IMG/VR virus record: IMGVR_UViG_3300045391_000822
Location: 1-64,000 of that record
Source of the DNA: a virus
Direction: 5' to 3' (one strand)
Length of the DNA stretch: 64,000 nt
The notes under the pieces were generated by a model. It saw nothing but the letters and a program-made list of their open reading frames with translations. It was not told the DNA's origin and did not search any database. Of this stretch, positions 28,557 through 38,593 are shown one piece after another. Position 1 is the stretch's first letter. Each line of letters opens with the position of its first letter. A program made the translations under genes and the position numbers.

Positions 28557-28993
28557 TGACGGTGCTTCACGCTAAGGTTTGGGAATATAAAGGCTATCTG
28601 CTCTGTGGTGCTACAACGACGACCACAATCGAAGGGGAGACGATCCGTCCCACAGATCGTCAATCGTTGGGTTGCGTAACGTTTCATACCGACAAGTTTC
28701 TAGGTGTGTCCGCTGAAGCCTTCGAGTTGATGAAGACTATCAAAAACGGTTTTGATGATCTCAGTCATATCGATTGGTTCATTACAGATGAGGGCGAGTC
28801 GGTATTCGCGTGGCTTGGTGGGCTGTATGTAATCCTTGATCCTAAGGAAGTCGAAGGGGCACGGTACTATGCAGTACGCGAAGGCATGTACGTACCGATC
28901 CCCAACGATCCACCGGACGAAGCTAAGGCTGCTGTCGATCGATTAATCGCTGAGGCAGCACCTCAAAAACCGCAGTGGTCAGCTGAGGAGTAG
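28553..28993 (+). CDS. hypothetical protein
   Basis: GTGA overlap. Confidence 0.7.
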   Translation: MMTVLHAKVWEYKGYLLCGATTTTTIEGETIRPTDRQSLGCVTFHTDKFLGVSAEAFELMKTIKNGFDDLSHIDWFITDEGESVFAWLGGLYVILDPKEVEGARYYAVREGMYVPIPNDPPDEAKAAVDRLIAEAAPQKPQWSAEE

Positions 28994-28999
28994 AAGTAG

Positions 29000-29030
29000 A
29001 AGGGGCTGGTGACAAGGGTCATCGGCCCTT
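29000..29030 (+). terminator. putative terminator hairpin
   Basis: aaggggctggtgac-aagg-gtcatcggcccttt. Confidence 0.5.
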
Positions 29031-29467
29031 TACCTATTGTTCAACGCAACACAACGGAGGTTCCTATGGAACGTAGAGACCGTTATTTGCAGTTGCAGTT
29101 TGCACGTGATCTACGTAGAGACATCTGGTCTCAGAGTAGACGATGTAATGTTCCCTTCAAGCTCTTGGTCGATGTGGAGAGACATTCCACACCAGTGTAT
29201 TACGCTACTCTTGTAATGCTGCTGGAGACGAAGACCTTCAAGAGCACATTTCGTGAACGTATTGCCTTATGGGCCCGGGAATGGTTTGAAGAGGACGCAA
29301 TACGATCGGTGCGATCAATGCCCATTTCGGAGAAGCAAGCAAATGCCTGTGCAGCCCCTGGTCTAGATTCAAGGCTTAAGAAAATGCCCAGATACCGTGC
29401 CCAACAGGCACATATTCGAAGAAATGAGTTTCGACCGTTTGACACCTAGACGTAAGGGGTATAACGA

Positions 29468-29519
29468 TGTTGTATACAAACAACACCTAGGTCAATAAAG
29501 GGTTGGTGCATGTTAAAAT
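29468..29519 (+). promoter_or_regulatory. putative extended -10 promoter with upstream palindrome
   Basis: TGnTAAAAT at 29511-29519; TGTTGT-N6-ACAACA at 29468-29485 matching 17900 site. Confidence 0.55.
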
Positions 29520-29558
29520 AGTGTACGGAGCACTGGGTTCCGTAGACGGAGGTATTTG

Positions 29559-29933
29559 ATGGATAAGAATTCTCGCAAGGTTCGTACACATGCGAAGCTG
29601 GTTATCTCGTGGGTCGACGTGATAAGCAATCTAGCTACAGATAAAGGCCTTCTTGAAGGTGACGCAACCTTCAGCTTACCTGATGGCATCTTGTTATGCT
29701 CTTTCGCTATGGTACCTCATTCGGAAACCAATGTACCACGTTGGTATATTCGATTGAGCGTAAAACCTGACACTGTTCTATTCGGCGAAGAGGATGAAGA
29801 AGAGTTGGACTTCGATCATGAAGAGGCCAAGGTCTTCTTTGACCAATCAGAAGATGGTAGCACCATGATCTTTGGTGCAGACTCGGTGACCTTACTTATT
29901 GGTATGGTGTACTCGAATTTGAAGACCGGGTAA
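29559..29933 (+). CDS. hypothetical protein
   Basis: GGAGGT RBS. Confidence 0.7.
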   Translation: MDKNSRKVRTHAKLVISWVDVISNLATDKGLLEGDATFSLPDGILLCSFAMVPHSETNVPRWYIRLSVKPDTVLFGEEDEEELDFDHEEAKVFFDQSEDGSTMIFGADSVTLLIGMVYSNLKTG

Positions 29934-29956
29934 TTGCGTATACGCAGGAGTGTTGT

Positions 29957-30331
29957 ATGTCACAGTTGAAAAATCACTCATCATTGATTACCGAATGGTT
30001 GGGTGTCCTGCCGAAGATTCTAGCTACGGGTGCTGATCAGATTGACATCCGTTGGCCACTCCCTGGGTCTGGTTGCGAACTTCGATGCCAGCTTCAGCTG
30101 TCAACAGTTGAGGAAGATCGAGTTTCGATCTTTATCTATGAATCGGATGGTAATGAAAATCTCGTAGAGAAGGCCGTCATCACAGATCCAATACACGATT
30201 TACACGCTACCTACCACATAGGTAGTCTGGTTGTTGTAGAAAACGGCGCAGGCGTAGACATAGTGGCTCGTTCGCTCGAAACGGCTGTCAGCATGTTGAC
30301 CTCATACCTCCAAGGAGACCAACACCATTAA
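29957..30331 (+). CDS. hypothetical protein
   Basis: AGGAG RBS. Confidence 0.7.
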   Translation: MSQLKNHSSLITEWLGVLPKILATGADQIDIRWPLPGSGCELRCQLQLSTVEEDRVSIFIYESDGNENLVEKAVITDPIHDLHATYHIGSLVVVENGAGVDIVARSLETAVSMLTSYLQGDQHH

Positions 30332-30401
30332 GGTGCGGTGGGACCGGGTCCCACCTTTGTTCTTTGTTTTTCTTCCTACAATAAATTTGGAACCAAAGTA
30401 A

Positions 30402-30806
30402 ATGTCCATAAAGAAGCGCGTCGCCAGCGGTACTGTCCCCTACAAATTGGTAGAGGAGGTATGTCATATCTTGCTAGTCAAGAGTACCAGCGGCGGCAAT
30501 TGGGTGTTTCCGAAAGGTGGCCTAGAGCCGGAATTGACGAAGCGGGAAAACGCATTGAAAGAGACTTACGAAGAAGCTGGCGTAATCGGTGTACCTGGCG
30601 AGAAGCTGGGTGAGTACACCTACTATAAGGCTGGAGTTGAGCAAGAAGTACATATGTATGAAATGCGGGTCACGTTGGAGTTGGAAGAATATCCTGAAGG
30701 CGAGATGCGGGATCGCAAATGGATTAAGTTGAGCGATGCTTTTGATACGTTGTCGACGGATCACCAGTTCCTGCTGGGACCTTTGCTCGAAAGGTACAGC
30801 GTCTAA
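30402..30806 (+). CDS. Nudix hydrolase
   Basis: WVFPKGGLEPELTKRENALKETYEEAGV Nudix box. Confidence 0.9.
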   Translation: MSIKKRVASGTVPYKLVEEVCHILLVKSTSGGNWVFPKGGLEPELTKRENALKETYEEAGVIGVPGEKLGEYTYYKAGVEQEVHMYEMRVTLELEEYPEGEMRDRKWIKLSDAFDTLSTDHQFLLGPLLERYSV

Positions 30807-31183
30807 TGGCAGATGTCTCCATCTATGCGGCGGCAACAGGAGCCGCATTCTGTTCCACCTTTCTCCGTGGATTCCAGAATAAGAATGTTGCTGCGGGACT
30901 GAAGAGTTTGGCGTTTGGTACAGGTTACTTGATGAACCTGGCTGATATTGCTTTAGTGTCGATCGTAGCCCACGTCGGTAGCGGAGCTGACATGTTTGCG
31001 GCACTCCAGGTCGGTGCAGTCTCTGCTGTGGGTGCTGGTGCCGGATACGTAGCAAGTATGAAGGTGCACGACATCTTGCTGAAGGAGAAATACAAGGCAG
31101 CTGAGAAGGCCGCGAAACAACAATTGAAAACTCGTGTGCGCAAGTACGTTCGTCGCGAGATGGAGAATAGTCATGTTGACTGA
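30806..31183 (+). CDS. membrane protein (paralog of 46672-47007)
   Basis: three hydrophobic helices, basic tail. Confidence 0.7.
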   Translation: MADVSIYAAATGAAFCSTFLRGFQNKNVAAGLKSLAFGTGYLMNLADIALVSIVAHVGSGADMFAALQVGAVSAVGAGAGYVASMKVHDILLKEKYKAAEKAAKQQLKTRVRKYVRREMENSHVD

Positions 31184-33086
31184 TACCAAGTTCTTAGAAT
31201 CTCTTTCTTTGGACAAGAAGAAAAAGTTATACAAGGAGGCTCTCCCGGCTTACGAGGTGGGAAACCCCCTTATGTCGGATAAGGTGTTCGATGCGCTTGA
31301 AAACCGAATCAAGCAAGAAGACCCTAACTGGTCTGCGTTGGCCAAGACTGGCGTGAAGATGAAGAAGATGAAGACTCCCTTGTATGAGCCTGCGCCTTCT
31401 CTAGGAAAGGTCTACCCAGAAGCAGCTAACAAATGGTTGGCTAAGAGCCCAGAAGCTCTTGTTCTCGCTGATAAGTTGGATGGTAGTTCAATTCAACTTT
31501 TGGCCGATAAAGGCCGTATCACCAAGATGATCACCCGTGGTGACGGTACCACGGGTCAGGATATATCGTTTCTACTACCTTACGTTAAGAGGTTGCCGTC
31601 GTCCTTGATCCTCAAAACCCCTCGTGTTATTCGCTGTGAAGCGATTATGAAGCAAGAAGTCTTTGAGAAGAAGTACGCGGAAAAGTATGATAATCCACGC
31701 AACTTGGTTGCTGGCATTCTCAATCGAAGTCTTAAGAGCGGAGAGAAGCCGGATCCTGCGATTAAGGATATCGATATAGTTGTGCTGGGTGTTTACGGCA
31801 TGACCAATTATGTTGGTTTGAATTGGGCTGAAAAATCAGGATTTCTGGTTGTTGAACATGAGGTGGTTTTCAATAAAGAGCTCAACGCTTTGAAACTGGG
31901 CAAGCTCCTGAAGGGAAGACGTGCAAACTCTCTCTACGAAATGGATGGCCTGGTACTTTCCGATGCCCTTTACGAATTCGGTTATGATTCAGCCGAAAAA
32001 CCAAAATGGGCAATTGCTTTCAAAGAAAACCTTAGTGAGGCAGACGCGCCTAAGACTAAGGTGGTTGATGTCATCTGGCAGACAAGTCATAACGGCCGCC
32101 TAATACCTAAGGTGCAGGTAGAGCCTGTTCGACTTGACGGTGCCAAGATAACATATGCGACAGTCCATAACGCTGAGTGGATGACGGAACGAGGAATCGG
32201 ACCTGGTGCAGTAATCCAAATCGTCCGTAGTGGAGGAGTGATCCCCAAGATCACCAACGTGATCAAGAAAGCGAGCAAGCTCAAGCTACCTGACGTAGCC
32301 TATGAGAAGAAAGGTGTCCATTTCGTGGCAACTGAAGAATCGTTGGAGTCGGAAACGAAATCCATTTATCGATTCTTGCTGAAATGTGGTGTAGAATCCA
32401 TCGCGTTGAAGACAGTTACGAAGCTGTACGAAGCAGGTACGATGGAGTCATACCTGGACTACGTGATCATGTCCCAGCGTGGTGCTGATGAAGACTTCAT
32501 CTTCGAAATGAAGAAGGCAGGATTCACGTTGAACACTACCAAACGTATCTGTGCTGAACTGGCAGCAAAGCTCAGCGTTATCGATGTTAATGCAGCAATG
32601 ATAGGTACAGGTTCGTTTGCTGAAGGTATTGGAGAGCGTCGACTGGACTTGATTAACAAGACTATCAGTACTGGACAGTTGTTGGATATGTCGAAGGAGT
32701 TCTCGACTAAGCAATTTGCTGAGACACTATCACAGATCAACGGTATTGGTCCGGTGGTGGCAAAGCAGATTGTAGAAGGTATACGCTCATTCCGCCGCAT
32801 ACATCTGCCTGAGCTTCAAAAGCGGGTAGAAGTAACGATACCCCGTTCTGTGAAAAGAGCACCTCGTGCAAAGAAAGGTATATGGGCAGGTAAGTTTGGT
32901 ACCTGGACTGGATACCGTAATAAGGATGAAGAATCACAGTTCGTTGCAAAGGGCGGACAGATAGTGTCGTTCGGTAGCAAGACTAACGTCTTGTTCATGA
33001 AAGAAGGTGGCAAGGCCAGTAGCAAGATCACGACGGCCAAGGCCAAGGGCATTAACGTTACTACCTGGGAAGAATTCCGTGGATGA
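31173..33086 (+). CDS. ligA: NAD-dependent DNA ligase
   Basis: KLDG, TRGDGTTGQD, NPRNLVAG, YEMDGLV, PKWAIAFK, OB fold, HhH, BRCT-like end. Confidence 0.93.
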   Translation: MLTDTKFLESLSLDKKKKLYKEALPAYEVGNPLMSDKVFDALENRIKQEDPNWSALAKTGVKMKKMKTPLYEPAPSLGKVYPEAANKWLAKSPEALVLADKLDGSSIQLLADKGRITKMITRGDGTTGQDISFLLPYVKRLPSSLILKTPRVIRCEAIMKQEVFEKKYAEKYDNPRNLVAGILNRSLKSGEKPDPAIKDIDIVVLGVYGMTNYVGLNWAEKSGFLVVEHEVVFNKELNALKLGKLLKGRRANSLYEMDGLVLSDALYEFGYDSAEKPKWAIAFKENLSEADAPKTKVVDVIWQTSHNGRLIPKVQVEPVRLDGAKITYATVHNAEWMTERGIGPGAVIQIVRSGGVIPKITNVIKKASKLKLPDVAYEKKGVHFVATEESLESETKSIYRFLLKCGVESIALKTVTKLYEAGTMESYLDYVIMSQRGADEDFIFEMKKAGFTLNTTKRICAELAAKLSVIDVNAAMIGTGSFAEGIGERRLDLINKTISTGQLLDMSKEFSTKQFAETLSQINGIGPVVAKQIVEGIRSFRRIHLPELQKRVEVTIPRSVKRAPRAKKGIWAGKFGTWTGYRNKDEESQFVAKGGQIVSFGSKTNVLFMKEGGKASSKITTAKAKGINVTTWEEFRG

Positions 33087-33354
33087 ACAAGAGAAAGAGG
33101 CTAAAAACGTAGTTGTTCTAGGCGGTAGACGCGGGAAGAATGGACTTGCTGCGTTGGCCATCGCCTCGATGGTAGCGGGTGGGCCATTAGCCCCAATCCT
33201 ACGGAGACAACAGTCAGCACCTGATGATGTAGAAACACGTATTGCACGCGCAGGTGTAGAAGCCCAGTTAGCGAAAGAAGCTATAGCGGCAGCTGACGCG
33301 AAACGAGAACGTAAGCGGTTGAAGCGATTGGAAATTTCCAAACGAAATGAGTAA
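33079..33354 (+). CDS. hypothetical protein
   Basis: AAADAKRERKR tail; overlaps neighbours. Confidence 0.5.
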   Translation: MDEQEKEAKNVVVLGGRRGKNGLAALAIASMVAGGPLAPILRRQQSAPDDVETRIARAGVEAQLAKEAIAAADAKRERKRLKRLEISKRNE

Positions 33355-33607
33355 TATCATATCCTTTCTAAGGGCATTCTGGTTTCGGTCTTCGATGCCT
33401 TATACCAAAGGTTGGTATGACCTATATGGTATCGACGCCCAGTTGAATTCCTCATACAGAGGTTCGTTTAGGGAACACGAATTATTCTTTGCCTTGATAA
33501 AGGCAAACGCCGTTATGTACGATGTACACAATAGGATTGTTGGCTTGAAAAATGGTTGGCGAATTGAACTTAACTACGCCTTATCCTTAAGACACCATAG
33601 GAACTGA
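33347..33607 (+). CDS. hypothetical protein
   Basis: ORF in operon. Confidence 0.5.
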   Translation: MSNIISFLRAFWFRSSMPYTKGWYDLYGIDAQLNSSYRGSFREHELFFALIKANAVMYDVHNRIVGLKNGWRIELNYALSLRHHRN

Positions 33608-33608
33608 A

Positions 33609-34544
33609 ATGAGCACTAGCCGTATCTTGATCAACGGAGCTGACCTTTTGGAAATTGCCACCTATCCTGGTGGCGAAGTTCGTATAGGCGCTATCCCTTC
33701 CGGGCGTATCAACTATATCAAGGCACATATATCTGATAGCGACGGAATCATCGCGCTCCAGCAATTGGCAGATCTTCTTCGCCGCCAGTCTGTTCGCAAA
33801 TGGGGCACCTATGATGGTATGGAATTACCTCGTGGACCAGCTGTGTTGCCACCCTTGATTTTACCGTACGTACCTTACGCACGCCAGGATCGTGTGAAGT
33901 TGGATACCGTGTACAACCAGAGTCATGCTCTTCGCGTATTTTGTGATACGTTGAATGCTATGGGATGGTCGAAGATTACGATCTGGGATCCTCATTCGGA
34001 TGTTGCGCCTGCGTTGATTAACAACGTGGAGGTGATTACTCGTACTCAGATGATTGAGACTACCATCAATCAAATCAAGGCTCGGTTTTATGAAAAACCG
34101 ATTGCTCTTGTAGTTCCGGATGCCGGTGCTTTGAAAGCCTCGTTGGAGCTAGCGGAAGCATTCCGAATAGAAACGGTCTGCCAAGGCGAGAAGGTTCGTA
34201 ATATGAGAACCGGAGAAATCACTGGATCGTTCGTACACAACGTCGCTCACCTGCGTAACAAGGTAGTGTTGATAGCAGACGACATCTGTGATGGTGGCAG
34301 AACGTTTACGGGGCTTGCTGAATTTGTTCGCGGACACATCGCGGTTGAAGCGATGGTCCTGTACGTGACCCATGGTATTTTCAGTAAAGGTATGCGGGTT
34401 ATGATGGACTATTTCAATATGGTGGCTACGCCGAATCAATTCATGCCGCCGCATACTGACATATCTGGGAAAACCCAATATCTGGCAGAAGCAACAGGCA
34501 TAGTAGTTAACACCTACGGACACACCGTCGTTTACAGCAACTGA
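33609..34544 (+). CDS. Prs-like pyrophosphokinase (candidate ADPR-PP synthetase, Adps)
   Basis: YPGGE, LPYVPYARQDR, DPHS, VPDAGA, IADDICDGGRTF, VTHGIFS. Confidence 0.88.
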   Translation: MSTSRILINGADLLEIATYPGGEVRIGAIPSGRINYIKAHISDSDGIIALQQLADLLRRQSVRKWGTYDGMELPRGPAVLPPLILPYVPYARQDRVKLDTVYNQSHALRVFCDTLNAMGWSKITIWDPHSDVAPALINNVEVITRTQMIETTINQIKARFYEKPIALVVPDAGALKASLELAEAFRIETVCQGEKVRNMRTGEITGSFVHNVAHLRNKVVLIADDICDGGRTFTGLAEFVRGHIAVEAMVLYVTHGIFSKGMRVMMDYFNMVATPNQFMPPHTDISGKTQYLAEATGIVVNTYGHTVVYSN

Positions 34545-34568
34545 TTCGTACACAAGAGAACAATAGAT

Positions 34569-36371
34569 ATGAACCAAGAACGTAAGCAAGCCCTGATATC
34601 TCGTATCAATGCCGGAGATCATGATCTTACCATGATGTACTGCGCGCCTCTCTTGAAAGACGTGTACAAGGTAGGTCACATCTTTCAATATCCGGACAAC
34701 ACGCAGTTGGTCTACTCGAATATGACACCACGTTCAGACAAACATCTACGTGGTCGCGTAAACGAACGGGTATACGATCAGAAATCTGTTTTCTTCGGCC
34801 TGCAAGGCTTCATAATCGAAGTCTTGATGGATCATTGGAACAAGACTTTCTTTCATCGTTCGTGGTCTGAAGTAGGTGACGTGTACAAGCGTTATGTAGA
34901 TGCTGTCCTGAATACAGATTTTCCGGTCGATCATATCAAGGCGCTTCACAAGCTGGGGTACCTTCCGATTGAAATCCGAGCCTTACCGGAAGGTACGTTG
35001 GTGCCCTTTAAGATTCCTGTGTATACGGTGCACAATACGAATCCTAACTTCGGGTGGGTAACCAATATGTTGGAAACGGTCATGAGCTCCGATACATGGA
35101 AGCCTGCAACGGTGGCCACGTTGGCCTATAACTTCCGACGGACACTTGATTACTGGGCGGAAAAGACTGGTGGCATATCAGCCCTGCTTCAATGGCAAGG
35201 CCATGACTTCAGTTTCCGTGGTATGTCCAATCATCAGGATGCTGCGGCTTGTGGTGTTGGCCATCTTTGCTCGTTTTCTGGAACCGATACGTTGCCGAGT
35301 ATTGCGCGTGCAGAATTCTTGTATGGTGCGGACGTAAACAAACAGATTGTCGGTGGCTCCGTTAATGCTACGGAACATTCCGTCATGTGTATCAATGGTG
35401 GTGATGGCGAGTTGGAGACATACAAACGTCTCTTGCAAAAATACCCCACAGGTATTCTCAGTATCGTCAGCGATAGCTTCGATCTGTGGCAAGTTATCAA
35501 CGAATGGGCGCCGGGACCGCTTCGTAGCCTCATTGAAGGCCGTCAAGGTAAGGTGGTGTTCCGCCCGGATAGCGGCAATCCTGCTGATATCCTTTGCGGT
35601 ACGGTTCGTGGAATACCAAATCATTCTCAGCAAGAACTGTTCTTTGCCTATGGAGAAGCTCTGGGTACCGAAACCTTGGTTAAGGAAGTCCGTGAGGAAT
35701 ATTTCTACGTTTATTGCGTAGAAGACGATACCTATTATAAGGTCGTCGTTAAAGATGATGCCGTGGCAGAATTCGGTATGTATTTTCTTATACAAGGAGT
35801 TTTTGATGCAGACATTACGCCCGAAATGCGTGGCGTTGTAGACTGCCTGGGTTACCATTTTGGTACGGTCACCAATGAAAAGGGCTACAATGACCTTGCA
35901 GCTTGTGTTGGTACTATCTACGGTGACAGTATCAATCCTCGTCTCTTCGATGAAATCCTGAAGCGACTGGCTGACAAAGGATATAGCTCCAACTGCGTTG
36001 TCGTCGGTATCGGTAGCTACAGCTATCAGTACATGACCCGTGATACTTTGGGCTCGGCTGTTAAAGCCACCTTTGGTGTTGTTGGTGGTGTCGGTCGAGG
36101 GATCCTTAAAGATCCGAAGACAGGTGACGGTATAAAGAAAAGCGCCTATGGGCTCCTGACTGTGGCCGATATGGCAGGTGGAGGGCAAGAGCCTCTACTG
36201 GAATTGATGGACGGCGAAGTAGATATCCCTGCCGAAGCTGTCTTCGAAGGTAACTTCGACAGTGGAGAGTTGAAACCTGTCTTCCGCAATGGGCATCTAC
36301 TGAAGTTCCAGACCTTGTCCGAGATTCGTATGCGCCTGCATGGTTGGGATGATAGCATTCCTTCTCTGTAG
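34569..36371 (+). CDS. NAMPT-like phosphoribosyltransferase (candidate Namat)
   Basis: DVYKVGH, HDFSFRG, GTDT, ATEHSVM, SIVSDS, RPDSG, IYGDSI, KDPKTGDGIKKSA. Confidence 0.9.
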   Translation: MNQERKQALISRINAGDHDLTMMYCAPLLKDVYKVGHIFQYPDNTQLVYSNMTPRSDKHLRGRVNERVYDQKSVFFGLQGFIIEVLMDHWNKTFFHRSWSEVGDVYKRYVDAVLNTDFPVDHIKALHKLGYLPIEIRALPEGTLVPFKIPVYTVHNTNPNFGWVTNMLETVMSSDTWKPATVATLAYNFRRTLDYWAEKTGGISALLQWQGHDFSFRGMSNHQDAAACGVGHLCSFSGTDTLPSIARAEFLYGADVNKQIVGGSVNATEHSVMCINGGDGELETYKRLLQKYPTGILSIVSDSFDLWQVINEWAPGPLRSLIEGRQGKVVFRPDSGNPADILCGTVRGIPNHSQQELFFAYGEALGTETLVKEVREEYFYVYCVEDDTYYKVVVKDDAVAEFGMYFLIQGVFDADITPEMRGVVDCLGYHFGTVTNEKGYNDLAACVGTIYGDSINPRLFDEILKRLADKGYSSNCVVVGIGSYSYQYMTRDTLGSAVKATFGVVGGVGRGILKDPKTGDGIKKSAYGLLTVADMAGGGQEPLLELMDGEVDIPAEAVFEGNFDSGELKPVFRNGHLLKFQTLSEIRMRLHGWDDSIPSL

Positions 36372-36378
36372 GTAACAT

Positions 36379-36394
36379 GGGGCTTCGGCCCCTT
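36379..36394 (+). terminator. UUCG hairpin, putative terminator
   Basis: ggggc-ttcg-gcccc-tt. Confidence 0.5.
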
Positions 36395-36417
36395 CCTAAA
36401 ATATATAAGGATAGAAT

Positions 36418-36879
36418 ATGCTGTACGAACAAATTAAAGAAGACCTGATTTTTGCAATGAAGCAACCCATGAAAGCACTCGTTAATATCGAAAACGATGA
36501 CCGTGCTCTGCGTATCGGTACGCTTCGTATGACGAAGGCTGCGATTGATAGGGAAGCCAAGGATACCGGTGTAGAAATTACCGACGAGTTGGTTACCAAG
36601 GTCTTGGCGCGTGAAATGAAGAAACGCCAGGAGTCCATCGAGCAATATGCGAAAGCAGGTGCTGTCCAATTGGTTGCTGTCGAAACGGCCGAAGCTGCTG
36701 TACTCAAGCCTTATCTTCCACAACAAATGGACAAGGCCAAAGTTGAAGCCATGATCGATGAAGTCATCAAGATGCATGGCAAGAGCATTGGGCCTGTCAT
36801 GAAGGAAATGAAGCTTCGTGTAGGCGCTGCTTTTCCTGGTAAGGATCTCGCCGATCTGGTTAAAGCGAAACTCCAATGA
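36418..36879 (+). CDS. GatB/YqeY domain protein
   Basis: IKEDLIFAMK...KKRQESIEQY...YLPQQM...IGPVMK. Confidence 0.88.
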   Translation: MLYEQIKEDLIFAMKQPMKALVNIENDDRALRIGTLRMTKAAIDREAKDTGVEITDELVTKVLAREMKKRQESIEQYAKAGAVQLVAVETAEAAVLKPYLPQQMDKAKVEAMIDEVIKMHGKSIGPVMKEMKLRVGAAFPGKDLADLVKAKLQ

Positions 36880-37106
36880 GTGTATCGTTACAGTCTATTG
36901 TAGAGACCTTAGAATGGTCTCGGCTTGAAATGATTCACGCAACTGATCCAAGTCGGAAGCGTAGGCTTGGTGCAGAACTTGGTAACGTCACTGTAGTTCT
37001 TCTAAGAAAATTGATAGATGATGGTTTGATAGAAGACACGTTGGACCAGGTACACCAACGCTTCTTAGAAGCACACCCTCAATATGCCGAAGACGTTGGC
37101 GATTAA
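36876..37106 (+). CDS. hypothetical protein
   Basis: ATGA overlap. Confidence 0.55.
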   Translation: MSVSLQSIVETLEWSRLEMIHATDPSRKRRLGAELGNVTVVLLRKLIDDGLIEDTLDQVHQRFLEAHPQYAEDVGD

Positions 37107-37157
37107 TCGATACTTGATCTTTCATCTCGGTAGGTAGTACCTACCATTGGAGCGCTT

Positions 37158-37682
37158 ATGACAACCGTATTTATCATGATTGGTCTTTCTGGAGCTGGTA
37201 AGACAACTTGGGTACGAGACCAAATTACCCAATACGAAGATGCTTCTGTTTGGTCTCTGAACAATCTTCGTCTGCAATATGCGTACAAAGAGCTGGGAAT
37301 CGGTCGCGATCTTGCCTTGTGGGAGGAGCCTACCGCGCAGGAATACGAAGCTGCGTGGGAAGCCACCAAGGATGATGATAATTTCCATCACGTGACCAAT
37401 TCAGCGTTGAGTCAGATGATTGGTCGTGCGATACGTGGTGCACCTTTGTTTATTGACAACATGAACCTGCGGCGTAAAGGACGGAGACAGTTGGTTAACC
37501 GTATGCGCAACAAGGGCTTTCATGTTGTTGGTGTTTATATCAAGGCTTCCTACGCAGAGTCTATGGCACGACAACAACGTGGCCTGCCTGAGGACGTTAT
37601 TCGGCAGCATGTTGATAACATGGATATTCCTTTGTCGGAAGAGTTCGACACGTTGCTAACTGTGGGGCCGTTATGGCGTTGA
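37158..37682 (+). CDS. P-loop kinase (AAA_33 / polynucleotide kinase-like)
   Basis: MIGLSGAGKTTW, IDNMNL, R..R lid, P..EEFD. Confidence 0.8.
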   Translation: MTTVFIMIGLSGAGKTTWVRDQITQYEDASVWSLNNLRLQYAYKELGIGRDLALWEEPTAQEYEAAWEATKDDDNFHHVTNSALSQMIGRAIRGAPLFIDNMNLRRKGRRQLVNRMRNKGFHVVGVYIKASYAESMARQQRGLPEDVIRQHVDNMDIPLSEEFDTLLTVGPLWR

Positions 37683-38101
37683 CAGACAAACAATTGTTTG
37701 GAGTAACACGGGTGTTGATCCATTCCATGGAAGTGGATATGGAAGAGAATGGTCGACCTCGGTTACCTAAGGTGTTGGCCAATCCTTTAGCATCTGAATC
37801 TTTGGTAGAGACCACTAGAAGAATCATGGCGGTTATGATCGAAGCACAAGCGTATCTTCTGTGTTCGCAGCAAACAGTGTTTCCTTATGACGTGGTAAGA
37901 GACACGAAGAAACTTTTGTTGAAGTTCAACGGATCTTTTGATCCTACCGAGCCTAAATCCAGACCTTTCCTCTTAGGGAAAGCCGCAGGGCTGGATATCA
38001 ACAAAACCACATCGAGGTGTCCGTGGGCTCGATATGTGGATTTTACACTCCACATGCAATGGATGAGAGGATTCAAAGTAGGTAGAGCCATAATTACCTA
38101 G
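37673..38101 (+). CDS. hypothetical protein with C-terminal Rmf/CrpP-like motif
   Basis: FLLGKAAG...CPW...QWMRGF. Confidence 0.55.
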   Translation: MALTDKQLFGVTRVLIHSMEVDMEENGRPRLPKVLANPLASESLVETTRRIMAVMIEAQAYLLCSQQTVFPYDVVRDTKKLLLKFNGSFDPTEPKSRPFLLGKAAGLDINKTTSRCPWARYVDFTLHMQWMRGFKVGRAIIT

Positions 38102-38110
38102 GAGCGAGAC

Positions 38111-38350
38111 ATGAGAAGTTTTGCGTATCGTCAAATATCCAGCGTGCAAGGTGTTCATGATTACCTGGACACCTGGGATGTCCCTCGTCTCATTGAGGCT
38201 ACGCCAGGTATCATCAAGGTAAAAGTTCCTGCCTCTTCACTTCGCCAGGTTGGTGTTCTGGTTAAGTGTAATGCTTCGCCTGAATTCAGCCTAAGACTGG
38301 TTTTCGAGAAGATGACAATGAAAGAGCGCCTGCTCAGTATGTTCTCGTAA
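38111..38350 (+). CDS. hypothetical protein (paralog of 59109-59369)
   Basis: RLIEATPGIIKVKVP. Confidence 0.65.
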   Translation: MRSFAYRQISSVQGVHDYLDTWDVPRLIEATPGIIKVKVPASSLRQVGVLVKCNASPEFSLRLVFEKMTMKERLLSMFS

Positions 38351-38377
38351 ACATATAGTACATACCAGGAGCATCAA

Positions 38378-38593
38378 TTGAAGTCATATTTGACCCCGGC
38401 GAAGGGGGAAGCAGTTGATTGGAACTATTCGGTACCAAAACACCCAGGCGCAAAAATGCAACTCCTTACCATAGGCAACGTTGCTGTTCATGGCACCTGG
38501 AAAGGAGAGCTTGGTCAATACTTTAAGGCGTGGGCACCGATGCCACGTCGAAACAAACAGCTCGAGAAACAACTCTTCGGAAGTCTTCAATGA
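38378..38593 (+). CDS. hypothetical protein
   Basis: AGGAG RBS, TTG start, AWAPMP. Confidence 0.65.
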   Translation: MKSYLTPAKGEAVDWNYSVPKHPGAKMQLLTIGNVAVHGTWKGELGQYFKAWAPMPRRNKQLEKQLFGSLQ

